From assembly GCF_009914755.1 (NCBI RefSeq), contig NC_060942.1: a stretch of 64,000 nucleotides of DNA; one strand, 5' to 3'. Source of the DNA: the human T2T-CHM13v2.0 reference genome, Homo sapiens. Under the pieces are notes generated by a model. The model saw only the letters and a list, made by a program, of their open reading frames with translations, did not search any database and was not told where the DNA came from. This document shows positions 15,507-28,419 of this stretch, piece after piece (positions within the stretch are counted from its first letter, which is position 1; each line of letters begins with the position of its first letter). A program made the position numbers and the translations under genes.

Positions 15507-16917
15507 CAGCCACCGGCCTCATGGGCCAGCACCAGTGCCGCCCCCAGGGCCCTGTGCACAGAAGCCCCTGTGCTTGTGATTTACTACTCTCCAGTTGTTG
15601 CCATGAGATTTTTAATAACTTTGTCTCTGAATACATGTTTTGTAACTGGAGTAAAATAAGATGGTGGTGCCTGGGGTTGGGGAGGGGGAAAGGAAATGGG
15701 GAACTTGGAGCCTTGGCTCATTCGAGGCCCACCTCCTACAGTCTCCTTGCATTGGCCAGGACAGGCCCTCACCTGCGAGGTGCCCTACACTCCTGGTGCA
15801 CCCAGCCTCAGTTGGCCTCACTCTCCCCACTCCCTGCATGTGATAATGTGGCTCCCTTCTGACCACTTCTGCCACCCTCAGGAGGCCTAGGAGGGTGAGG
15901 GTGGGGCATGACAGGGCCACAGCACATTCTGTGGGTAACTGGGCAGGGTGAACGTTTTGCTTACCCCCAATCAGGGGACCTAGTGCATCCCTGGGCTTGG
16001 CGTTTGTCATTTGCCATGGGTTGGGGCAGCAAGTCTATGGGTAAGGGGGATTCCTGGCTTCACTTTCCACACTTGCTGGGGCCCAGCATGTAAATCTAGT
16101 CCCTGGCAGGAGATGGAACCCAGCAGTTCTCAGCCTGAGTGCCCTCAGTTTCCCTGACTTGCAAGGCAGGGGCTCCCAGGTGCCTCTGGGATCCATACTT
16201 ACCCTAAGAGTATTCTAGCAGGAGGGAATGCTCCCTCAGGCAACTTGGTACTTTGGGTGCCTCTCTTCCTCCTTAGAACGTTTCTAAATCTGGCCTATTT
16301 CTGCCCATTTGTTTGGGGGGACTGGGTCTTGCTTTGTCACTCAGGCTGGAGTACAGTGGCATGATCATGGCTTACTGCAGCCTTGACCTCGCAGCCTTGA
16401 CCTCTTAGGCTCAGGTGATCCTCCTGCTTCAGCCTCCTGAGTAGGTGGTACCACAGGCACATGCCACCATGCCCAGTTAATTTTTAAATTATTTGTAGAG
16501 TCAGGGTCTCCCTACATTGCCCAGGCTGGTCTCAAACTCCTGGCCTCAAGCGATCCTCCCACCTTGGCCCCACAAAGTGCTGAGATCACAGGTGTGAGCC
16601 ACCATGCCCAACCTGTTTTTGCCTTTTCTGGCCAGCTTTAGAGACCTGCCAGAGAGAAGTCACGAAAAAAAAAAACTGAAAAAGTTTAGAGATTTCACAT
16701 AGGAGTTAAATGTTCTGACATTTGCATTTACAACTGGGATTGCACAATATAAGGATAAACAATAAAATCTATATGACAAGCTGAGAGACAGACAGAAAAA
16801 GAAAGGAAAAAGCTTTATATCTTACTACCTTTAATGGTAATTTTTTCTTACTTTTTAAACAAAGTTCCTCATGTTTTAATCTATCACTAGGTCCTGCAAA
16901 TTGTGTAGCTGGCCCTG
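15507..16917 (+). mobile_element. MER45-family (MER45B-like) hAT-Tip100 DNA transposon relic with an Alu inserted
   Basis: Left end cagccaccggcctcatggg...cagggccctgtgcacagaagcccc and right end ggtcctgcaaattgtgtagctggccctg match MER45 termini; ~1.1 kb without the Alu. Confidence 0.7.
16308..16613 (-). mobile_element. AluJ
   Basis: gatcatggcttactgcagcc and ctcaagcgatcctccc AluJ diagnostics; internal 14-bp tandem duplication gcagccttgacctc at 16377-16404. Confidence 0.92.
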
Positions 16918-17530
16918 CTACCACTGTCCAGGTAAAAGCTGTGGATGAAGAGTTAGATAAGAGACATTGCCTAAAACAATCACTTCTCAGTTGTTTGCTA
17001 AATTTTCGTGAGGACTCAGATCTCTTCTCATGAAGATTTCTGTTTCCTTCCATTTCCAGACAATTACCTAAATTTGTTATAGATCCCAGGGCCAGGTCTT
17101 CTTCCCTTCCATTTTTCTGTCTCATATGAACTATTTTATGTGTGAACTTTTCTCTTTCCAGCGTTCCTATGTAGTTGGAACATAACTACTCATAGAAAAC
17201 GATGACATACTTTTCCCTAATAAAATATATACTCTGCAACTTAAAAAAAACTTATAAATGTTAACACTTATAAAATTATCACCCAAATAGTTTATTCCAA
17301 GAATGATCAAAGAAACAGAGTTACTTAAGAAGAAATAAAATTCAAAATATCTTAAATTCTTTACTTGGGCTTTTCCCATTCAATGAAGAGGCTCACGGAA
17401 ATTCTTGAAATTCCATATGTTCCTTCCATCTACTTCTCTCTTGCACCAAATTCATCCTGCTAGTAAGTGATGGAGATCTAAACCCAAGTAGTTAATCCAA
17501 AAGTCATGCTCTTTGCCACTGTACTTGTGT

Positions 17531-17714
17531 CAATGTTTCTCAAATTTTAGTGTGTAGCATCCAGAATCCAGAATCACTTGGATGTCTCATAAAGACAGAT
17601 GAATAGGCCCCGCCCTCAGTGTCAGATGCATTAGGTGTGAGATTTTTGCATTTCTAACAAGTTCCCAGGTAATGCTGATGCTGCTGGGCTGAGACCACAC
17701 TTTGAGAACCACTG
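17531..17714. mobile_element. MER5A
   Basis: caatgtttctcaaatt...tttctaacaagttcccaggtaatgctgatgctgctgg...gaccacactttgagaaccactg. Confidence 0.88.
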
Positions 17715-19166
17715 ACTATGTAGTAGTTTAAATTTTGATGTTAGGTGAATTGCAGGAAGAAATTTCCTCTTCTGGGTGCCCTCTCTTACACAAAGGGTAC
17801 TTATGCTTGTGATCTTCCTTGCACAAAAGAAAGATATCTGCCTGCAAGTAATTTTCTGTAAATCTTCAAGCATATTTCAGAGCTGATTTAAAATCTCATC
17901 TGAGGCCGCATTTCACAGATCATGAGGAGCAAAAGCTGTCAACTCCACCATAGGGAGTGACTTTGGACCATTGCTCCTTTCATGGGTGGCTAAATTTGCC
18001 CAGTGCTGCCAAGACCAGGCTTCCTAAAGGTATCAGTTACCTGTCAAGCTGATGTGCTCTATGTGGAGGTGTAGAAAGCAGCCTATGCATTCTTCACCCA
18101 TTTACCTACTCATTCTTTACCCTTAATCCAATCAAAAGACGACCCACTCTCATAATCAAATCAATCCAGTCAAAAGATGACCCATCTCATTGGGGATGAC
18201 AATTTACTTTGAAATCCTTTGATGTCATAGAAGTTATTGAGTAATATCAGTCTACTTGGAATCTCCAGTTATACAGAACAATCAGAATTACCAATTGCAC
18301 TTCCAGAAACTTTCCTGCTTTTTGCTCCAAGAGAATTTACTGTAGTAAATTCTTACTTTAAAGAATGCTCATTAAAAAATAATTTTAAAAGTTTACAGGC
18401 AATTTGGAAAAGAAGAGGTAAATGACTCATAATCTCACCACTCTAACAAAACCAATATTGGCATTCTGGTTTATTTCCTTCCAGTCTTATTCCTATTCAT
18501 CTATTTAACATGGTCATAATTTGTAATTACATTTTCAATAACTCTCTTTTCACTTATGATTATAGAGCATAATAACCTTTGTAATTACTTAGTCTCTAAA
18601 CATCCACAGCATTTCTACCAGGCAGCAAGAGGAGATACTCAACAGCCATGTTTAAGAGAGAACTCAAACTTTTATATAGATTCCAGGGATTTTTCTGTTT
18701 GTTGTTTTTGCTTTGCAGTGTTTATTCAGATGGTTCAGTGCTTAACCCAAGAGGAAGGACCCTTCTTAAGCTCCAGTTAGATATTTCCAAGTTCATAGAT
18801 CAAAACTAGTGACCTGTCCTTTGATAAGAGTCCAGCTCACTCCTTGAGTTTCACATTCTACTCCTTCACTTTGGTTTCTGTCTTCATAGAACTGGGCAGC
18901 AATGCAGTTTCCTGCATTTATTTCAGGGAAGAAATGTACTTTTCTTACTAGAATTACTTCACATTCCTATTCATCCATGTAAGTCCTATCCATCCTCCAG
19001 GCCACAGTGATATGGTCTGCATCTGACCCCATCTAGACAAGGTTGAAGCCTCTCACAGGGCACAAATCCTCATCTTCTTGCTGTACCCCATCCTCTTGTT
19101 CTTGCTGTAGGTTCTATTGCCCCCATGGAATCTGGAGAACTTCTCTCAACGATCTTTGTCTTCTAG

Positions 19167-19581
<415 letters not shown>

Positions 19582-19955
19582 TAAGAGGTTTTCTGTTAAA
19601 AAATTAAATAATTTATTATGTTTAAAAAAATGAAATACTGAGTAGCAAAGGAATGAATTCAAATAATAAAGATAATAAAGATTAACATTAGCAAACAATA
19701 ATCACAAAATAACAGAGGACAGCACCCTCACTCCTGTCTTTTCAGAAAAGAGCCTTTGTGAATAAACACACATACCCCTCTTTGCTTTGGCAGTTAATTG
19801 CTCCGTCTAGGTGAAAGTGGTAGCATTCTGGATAGAGAATTGTGCACCAACTAGGATGAGCAGTAAAGCTTCATGAAGAAACTGAGAAACTCATTAGCAG
19901 TCTGGAAATCCTCTTTCTCTGACTCTGACCTTTCTTTCACTTCTACGTGTTTTCG

Positions 19956-19964
19956 ACACACACA

Positions 19965-20000
<36 letters not shown>
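19956..20000. repeat. (CA)n microsatellite
   Basis: ~22 CA units with one interruption. Confidence 0.97.
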
Positions 20001-20001
<1 letters not shown>

Positions 20002-23000
20002 TTTTTGATCTGGCAAGAACTTAGAAAGTCTTTAAAATTCACGCATCCCACCATTTCATGGGAAACATCAGGTTTTCAGTACAATAGCGGGGAACATAAA
20101 AATTTGTGGAGAATAATTGAGTAAAATGAACTTTCTAAAAGGCAGATATTAAATTAGTCACTCAGACTGAGTTTATATGTTGCAAAAGTTAAGTTGAGCT
20201 ATTAAGCAATATTTCAATACTTGTAACTCATAGCAAACTCAAGTTTTCCTAACTGCAGTTTAAGCTGTTTGTCTGTCATCTACATACTTGAATCTGCTGC
20301 ATTTTTAACTATGAAGACATATTCCAAATTAGCTTTATTTTCTACCATTTGTGGGGGAGGGGGAACAGCCTTATATAAAACAAAGAAAGACAAATTCCGC
20401 CTTCAGATATTCACCCATAAGTCCCTCTAATTTCATGTCAACATGCACACATTTTTCTGAGCAAGGAATTTGGCCGAGACCAACCAAATGCTAATTTAAC
20501 GTTCTTGTCAGATTTAACAAATTATGTGTAACTTGGCGCATATGCTCATCAAGTTTTTAGAGATGAAGAGCATATTTACCCTAGTCAATATTCATATCTT
20601 TGAGAGAAGTTCTTTTTTTTATGTATTGTGCTTTGATGTGAGCTCAATATCTCTGCTTATTTATTCTAACGGGATAGCCTTAATTTGACCATCAGAAAAT
20701 AGCAAAGATTTGCTATCTCATTATGATGTCTCCTTAATCATACCTGAACTTGGAGTAGCGACCTTGATTGGTTAGCTCTCCATTGCAATCTATAACAACC
20801 AGAAAATACATATGGGTTGCATGAATTTGAAATCTCATCTGACATCTGAGTAATGTTGATCTTGTTTATATGACAACCTCATTATGGCGCATAATTGCTC
20901 AGCAATCTTCTAGCAAATACTGGGTTAAAAACGCCTGGAAGATGCTTGTTCTTCTTGTTATTAATTAGCACGTGTCCACTTCACCAGATCCAGTGCCCAA
21001 ACTTCATTTGTTATGTTCAGCCAAATGCATGAATAGCTTTGGAGTAATTATTTTCTAACATCAACTAATACCTCTCTGCACATCAATTAAAAATCCTCTT
21101 AACAAGGAACTGCATTTTGTTTGAGATCAAATGCCTGGTCCAAAGCTATATCAATCATGTAGAGCTAATTAGTGGCTCTGCTTTATATCATTTGTTTTAC
21201 TTTATTATTTCATTGTACACTTCCTAATGAAACCAATTGAACAATTTAAAAATCTTTGTTCAATTAATTGAAGGCTTAAAGGCCAGCTACCTAGTCAGCC
21301 TTTCTTCTCTTTGAAAAGAAATACATGTGACAGTGGGGAGAGAGGGGGAACCCCATAGATGTGTTATTATACCTATTTACCTTCTGAAGTGCCTGCCGTA
21401 TAGATGCAAGTTTTAAAAGGTTTATCACCATGCTTATACTGCTTACTAATAATTCATTGCTGACCATACCTTTACGGCATCTCTCTACTTGGTGAGCCAT
21501 TTCAGAAGGATGAGTTGAAACAATAATGGGAGATGTAGGGCAGTTATTCTTGAAGACTGCGAATGGAAGCTCGCTAAATTATTGTGTATTTCTGTCAGCA
21601 TTTTATAAACTTGTCCAGCTTTCCTCCTTAGTGCAAAAAAATGCTGAGCTGTGAAAACTGTTTAGTAGCACTCCTTTGGGTCTGGATAGAGCTGTGGATT
21701 CCAATACAAATATGAATGGATTAAATGCATACTAACTACCCAAAGTGGGAAACTATAATGAGGGGAAGGGCAAATTCTAGCTCTTTAGAATTTCTGTCTG
21801 TTCCTCAGAACCAGGCCTCAGTTCCGGCTGAGCAGGACGGCAGGTGCGGGAGAGGAGCCCCATTTCCCCAGGTGTACAGCATCCCAGCCGGTGACCTCTG
21901 TCACACCCAGCCTTCCTTCGGGTATTTATTTTGATTTATGAAATCTTCCAGTGCCCCAAATCTTTGTGCAGAGGTGGTTTCCCCAGACACAAAGCATATC
22001 ACAATTAATGCAAAATCAAGGGAGTTAATGTTGGTAAAAGTAGAATTTATTTTCTCCAGCGCTGTCGCCTTTCAGTGGCCCCCGTCCTCACAAACACGAA
22101 TACGTTTTAACTAAACAAAACTGACACATCAGCAGATGTCGGGACTTTCAACAAATGGGCTGTGGTTCTCTCTTTGGTCTGTGCCAGAAGGGGAAAAATC
22201 AGGACCAAATTTTCTGAATAGTTAGGCTGGATTAAAAATTACTACAGAGTTGTACTAGCATATAAACTTATGGCATGTATTTACACATTTATTACTTTGA
22301 AAATAAACTGATGGGAAGAATTCTATCCAAGAACAGGAAGGATGCGATTTTTTAAAGCTCTTCCAAGGTTTGAAAATACTCTAGAATCACTCGGGGGTAA
22401 AGATTAAAAGACTTGGGAATCCCCTAATTTACTCCTTCTTCACCCAGACGTCAGTTCTTTACAATGATTAAGTTACTAACCTTTATTCGTCGGTAATAAT
22501 TGAATTTTACACCAATTATTACCAAATGAACTGCACTGCCGCAATTTTAAATAGCCCTTTTTGCAAATTATCTCCCATGATTTATATTAATCCTATAGGG
22601 AAGGCAGAAAAAAAATGTAGGGGGATGGACGGTTTGAATTCAATGTAAATGGATAAAATTGAGTGATAGCTTCTTCTGATTCTGCCAATGAATTTAACAG
22701 ATACCTTTTCAGCTCTGACATTCATTTAAAAATCTGAGTGGCAAGTCCAAATGTAAATCTTCAAAAGCCTTAGAGGTTAGACCATGGTGCACTCTACTCT
22801 AAGAAAAGATAGAGAGGTGGATATTTTACATAAGGTCATTTTAATTTCATTATCCAGAAAAATTTGTGATTTAGAGGGTCAAATACCTCTGTAAAACACC
22901 CCTTTTGCAGCTATCCCAGGAACTCATTCACTCACTTTTCCAGCTGATATGGATCTAAGCTTAGGTCCTATTTCTTCCAAGAAGGCTTCCCCAAAGCACT

Positions 23001-23091
23001 TGCCCTCTGAATTTTCTGCCTAATTTCTGCCTGTCTTTTAATGTTTTTCTCATGTTCCAGCAACTCCTGAAATATTTCCTTATTACTCAAG

Positions 23092-23231
23092 CTTGTGGTT
23101 TCCCAAACACCAGTGATGACAGAAATCACCTGGGAAATGCAGACTCCTAGGTGATTCTCCTGAGATTCTGAATTAATAAATTTGAGGTGGGTCCCCCTGG
23201 AAATCTGAAAGAAAGTTCTAAAAACACACTG
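23092..23231. mobile_element. MER5-type MITE
   Basis: gtggtttcccaaac...aatcacctggg...gagattctga...aaacacactg. Confidence 0.65.
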
Positions 23232-23941
23232 AGGGAGCAGATGGGTCACCTCCTCTGAATACTTAAGCAATTGTAACATACACCATGCATTTCTGTTCAT
23301 GATTTTTATTGCTACGTATTATTCTATGATTATTTTATTTATATCTCCCCTGGGAAATTACAAATACCTTGAATGTGGAAAACACTTTATTTTGAACATT
23401 TCTACTCCACCGTATCTTCCTAGAAAAGCAAGAATACCTTGTAAATTCTTGATAAGAAATCATTAAATTTAATTTTGAGAAAGGCTGCAGGGGGTACAGC
23501 AGGGGACATGAGGGAAGCAGAAGGAGAAAGAAGAAAAGGAAGTATTTTCTGCCTTGTGAAGGTAAGATGTTTATCACACGGTTCTCATAAGACCAAAGAC
23601 ATTTATCGATTTTTTTCTGATGGCCACATCAGAGATTACAATTTGCAGAAATTTCAGAAAACATGGAAAAGCACAACTTTTTTTTAAAAAGAGTCACCAG
23701 TATAAGCACCAAGAAATAACCATTGTTCATATTTTGGTGTCTCTCTAATAAATCTAGTTCTCCAACTTGCAAATTACAATTTGCTTCATGGGAAAAGTCC
23801 CATGCAGAGTTAGTGAATTTGACCTTTGCCCATGATGGGGGCAGTCAGAGAACTTTATCTCATTTGTGCCTTTAGAGCTTACAGTTTTGGGACCCATAAG
23901 CCTGGTTCTAAAATCAAGCCCTGGAAAGCAAACAAGAACAG

Positions 23942-24310
23942 TGTTATTGTCTGAATGTTTCTGTCCCCCCAAAATTTAGATGATGAAACCTAATTACCAA
24001 TGTGACGGTATTAGGATGGAGCCTTTTGGAGGTGATTAGGTCATAGTGGCAGAGCACCCATGAATGGGATTAGGGCCCTTATAAAAGAGGCCCAGACAGA
24101 TTCCTTATCTCTTCCACCATGTGAGGACACAGCTAGAAGGTGCCATCTATGAACCAGAAAGAGAGCCCTCATCAGACACTGAGTCTGCTGGCATCCTCAC
24201 CTTGGACTTCCCAGTCTCCAGAACTGTGAGAAATCGATCTCTGTTGGTTTCTGTTTATAAGCCACCCAGTTTATGGTATTTTGTTATAGCATCCTAAACA
24301 GACTCAGACA
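23942..24310 (+). mobile_element. MLT1A/MLT1A0 solo LTR
   Basis: tgttattgtctgaatgtttctgtcccccc...tgtgaggacacagc...ttggacttcccagtctccagaactgtgagaaat...gactcagaca; TSD aacag/aacaa. Confidence 0.9.
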
Positions 24311-25251
24311 AACAACAAATAAATTGTTGCTAAAACCAAAAGGATTAAGAGAATATTCAAAGCCAAAGCAGTTAGTGAATCCTGCGACTTGAGAAGACAA
24401 CAATGGGCAAGGAATTAAATAGCCAACATGTGGGAATAGTTTGAAAAACTGCTCAAAATTGAGGTAACAGGGGCGAATGTTGGTATGAAAGGCAGGCACA
24501 TGGGAAACAGTATTAGTTCATACATTAACTTGAGGATGGATTGAAGAGGATTTAAAACTTAAGGGGAAAATAAAATCAGAATTCAAATTTCAAAAGTACC
24601 CACTACGAGAAAGCTGAAAAAGTGTTCGTAGTCATAAAGTATTTTTTATATAAAGAGATGAAAGGAAAAATTTTAATCATAGAGATGTTGATGATAAATT
24701 GAACTGTTCAGCACTTACATATATATTTGATATTGGATACACTCAACCACATTTTAAAGACAGTACCTATCCTTCCTCCTGCATTCTTAATATAACAGCT
24801 TCACAGTTTCCCATAGAGGAACATTATTTCATCAATAATATGCTTGCTTTTGATATGAAGCTTATAATGTCTTCATAATTAAAATATGCTGAGAAGTTGT
24901 CAAAGTCTTTGATTTGTATGTGTATGTATGTGTGTTTATTTTAAAAATACATTTAGTCATAGTTCAAATATTAGTTCTCTTTGAAGTTCTCTTGGAACTT
25001 GTGGGTCAGAGGGGAAAATCATGGATTCATCTACTAATCAGTGTGTCTCCCTGAATATCAGAGAATGTTTCAAAATCTAAATCTGCACATAAATAAAGGT
25101 TTTAACTGTGAGAAAAAGCTGAAGGTATACAAAAAGAAGAAAAACATACCTAAATGTTTTGTCTAGTATTTGTAGTGCTAAAAGGTAATTGTCATTATTT
25201 TCTTCATTCTTAAACATTTCAGAGTTCACCGAAAATTTTAAAAGTTTAAGG

Positions 25252-25480
25252 CAGTGTTTCTCAGATTATTTTAGGTTACCAGTCATGAAAGATTCTGCAG
25301 TAAAAAGGGCTCTGAGTTCAAATAAACTAAGGAAGTTCTCCCTCCTATCAGTCACTAAGTTATTCACTTGGAACTTTCCAAATCACATTAGTACATTTAA
25401 AGTCTCTGTTAAGTCCTGTAACAAAGACATGTGCTTGCTTCGTCTTATTATTTGGTTCCCCCACATAATTATCCTTTTGG
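25252..25480. mobile_element. MER103-like hAT relic
   Basis: cagtgtttctca start, and cacattagtacatttaaagtctctgttaagtcctgtaacaaaga resembles the MER103C core. Confidence 0.6.
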
Positions 25481-26046
25481 ATACATATTTTGACTATCAG
25501 TCTGGGTGTTCTTTTTATGAAACACCAGAGATGATATCCTAACTATATAACAACAAATATAGCAGGGAAATGATCACTTAGAAGGGACACTGGCTGTAAA
25601 CAACCTGTATCACCATATGACTGCATCCTGGCAGCATACTAGAGCTGATCATTCCTATTAAGAACGCCATGAAACTGTTAATTTAATTCATTTGGGGATA
25701 CACTAGCCAAAAAGACACTAAAATTAGATTTTTCCACTATTACATATTAAATATTAAATTTTGCCTCTACACTAAATAAAAATAAAGGCAATATTGATTT
25801 AAATTTTTTTTATTTTTATAGTACTTATGGAACTTCATAGACTATAGATGGATCCTGGTTTAAAATGGTAGGTTAAAACTCTATTAGAGAATCTCTCACC
25901 TTTGATATACAAGGATATGATTATTCATACAAATAAAGAGACATAATGAAATAAGCATCAATGAGTAGTTACCATGGAAGTAAGCAGAAGATTCTGGAGA
26001 GTGAAACAGAGGCTGGGCATAGTTCAGCTCCAAACTCTGCCCTTAC

Positions 26047-26172
26047 CTTTTAGAGACTACGTTAGTGAGTCCACAAATCCTTAGTAGGGTCTCTAACATC
26101 CACCATTCTGGAGAGAAACACACAGAATAGGTATCTGCAATTTTCATTCTTCTGACCGGTGGTGGAACCAGC
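26047..26172 (-). other. Candidate internal exon (126 nt), probably of a non-coding or uncharacterised transcript
   Basis: Minus-strand acceptor cctttttccatttcttcctacag|GCTGG and donor TAAAAG|gtaagg. Lies in sequence not recognised as repeat; one frame is open across it. Confidence 0.45.
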
Positions 26173-26331
26173 CTGTAGGAAGAAATGGAAAAAGGTGTCG
26201 TGGGTCTGACTCTCAGATGAAGTGAAGGCTTCAGGGCTACACAAGGAATTGCAAGAGCAAGCTGCACCCTAACAGTAATGGTACATGCCCCCTAAATATG
26301 TAGATAAAATTCTGATAAAGAATAATATCTC

Positions 26332-26626
26332 CACTTGGTCGAAGAATACAAAATTTCAGTTAGGAGGAATAATTTCAAGAGCGCTATTGTACAACATGGT
26401 GATTATAGTTAATAACAATGTACTGAGTACTTGAAAATTGCTGAGAATAGACTTTAAATGTTCTCACCACAAATAAATATGTGAGGTAATGCATATGTTA
26501 ATTAACTTGATTTAGCCATTCAACAGCATGTATGTACATATTTCAAAACATCGCATTGTACATCATAAATATATACAATTTTTACATGTCAATTTAAAAA
26601 TATATATATTTTTAAGTTAAGAAAAG
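26332..26626 (+). mobile_element. 5'-truncated L1MA 3' end with intact TSD
   Basis: aaaatttcagttaggaggaata...ttgaaaattgctgaga...gttctcaccacaaa...gtgaggtaatgcatatgttaatta; TSD gaataatatctc at 26320-26331 and 26627-26638. Confidence 0.88.
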
Positions 26627-26709
26627 GAATAATATCTCTGAGGGAGCACAGCTCAGTTATTCTAACAAGGACATCTTTTGCATCAGCTAAAGGCTCTAAC
26701 TTTGCTATC

Positions 26710-27073
26710 TGTATTCATCCATTTTCATACTTCTATGAAGAAATATCTGTGACTGGGTAATTTATAAAGAAAAAGAGGCTGAATGGGCTCACAGTTCCAC
26801 ATGGCTTGGGAGGCCTCACAATCATGGTGGAAGGTGAAGGAAGAGCAAAGTCACGTTTTTCATGGCTGCAGGCAAGAGGGCATGTGCAGAGGAACTGCCC
26901 TTTATGAAACCATCGGATCTCATGAGACTTACTCATTATCACGAGAACAGCATGGGAAAAACCCACCCCCATGATTCAATTACCTCCCGCTGGGTCCCTC
27001 CCACAGCATGTGGGGATTATGGAAGCTACAATTCAAGATGAGTTTTTGGTGGGGACACAACCAAACCATATCA
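26710..27073 (-). mobile_element. THE1 (C-like) solo LTR
   Basis: Complete reverse THE1; perfect TSD ctatc at 26705-26709 and 27074-27078. Confidence 0.95.
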
Positions 27074-27109
27074 CTATCCCTCAGACTGCTAAGAAATCAA
27101 TAGAACAGA

Positions 27110-27607
27110 GTATTGATTAGGAATTGCCTTCAACTATAGGCAACAGAGGCCTGATTACAGTGGCTTAAAAATCAAAAGCTTAATATTTTACATGGAAGAA
27201 TTCCAAAGGCAGGTAATCCAGGGTTAGGATAGTAAAACCATAAATTTATAATGCACTCAAGTTTCTTCTTTCTTTTCTGTCATCAGTAGCATGTGACATT
27301 TATTCTCAAAGTTTCAGTATGGTTGCTGAAGATCCAGCCATCACATTTACACTCCAGGAAGGAAGGAGGTAAAGAGCAAGAAAAAAAAAATCTCCTATCT
27401 AAGTTGTATCTTTTAATAAAATTTCCCAGAAGCCTTATTTAATTACTTGCAAATATATCTCAGTGACGACTACTAGCTACAAATCAAGCTGGGAAATATA
27501 ATTGTATCTATCAGAGCACATTGCTCCATGGGGAAAAAGAAATCAATGGTCCCTTACTAAGGAAAAGGAGGATAGATATAAGTAGACAACTAGTAATGTT
27601 TACTACA
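27110..27607 (-). mobile_element. MLT1J-type LTR
   Basis: acagtggcttaaa...ggcaggtaatccaggg...atggttgctg...ccagccatcacatt...gctgggaaatata...gtagacaactag...tactaca. Confidence 0.7.
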
Positions 27608-28053
27608 AATTATAAGTAACCAGCAATCAAACTGTATCTGTGAGGGAAAAACAAACTGGTCTCAGATTCAGTGGAAATAAAACCCAAATTCTCCAAACAG
27701 TACATCAGACTCAATACAATTTCTAAAACTAGGTAAAAATACCATAGCCAAACAAGAACAAAAACAAAACAAAACAAAAAGATGGAAAAGAAAGAAAGGA
27801 GAATATAAAGATAAATCAGAAGAAGGAAATTATCGGGCAACATTCAGGAAAAAGTCTCAATCTAGAACAAAAATTTGGATTTATTTGTTTCTGTTTCCTT
27901 CCAATGTTATAGTGATGGCTTTTTAAATTTAAATTTTGTTTCATGCTTATGTAAAATACTTACAAAGTATTTTGACTTGGGAAGTCAAAACCATAAATAA
28001 AAGGTATATTCAGATAAGTCAAACTTCTATCCCTCTTTCACTTTTTAGGTAAT

Positions 28054-28410
28054 TGATATGGTTTGGTTCTGTGTCCCCAGCCAAATCTCATGTTGAATTG
28101 TAATAATACCCATATGTTATGGGAGGGACCTGGTGGGAGGTAACTGAATCATGGGGGCAGGTTTTTCCCATGCCATTCTTGTGATAGTAAATAAGTCTCA
28201 CAAGATCTGATGGTTTTATAAAGAACGGTTCTCCTACACATGCTCTCTTGCCTGCTGCCATGTAAGATGTGACTTTGCTCCTCATTCACCTTTAGCCATG
28301 ATTGTGAGGTCTCCTCAGCCAAGTGGAACTGTGGGCCCATTAAACCTCTTTCTTTTATAAATTACAGTCTTGGTAATTCTTTAATAATGACATGAGAACA
28401 GACTAATATG
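28054..28410 (+). mobile_element. THE1 (C/D-like) solo LTR
   Basis: tgatatggtttggttctgtgtcccc...gaacagactaata; TSD gtaat/gcaat. Confidence 0.93.
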
Positions 28411-28419
28411 GCAATTTAA

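Noticed and set aside
22057-22082. CTCF-like site (GGCCACTGAAAGGCGAC on the minus strand)
   Set aside because: Several mismatches at core positions of the CTCF consensus.
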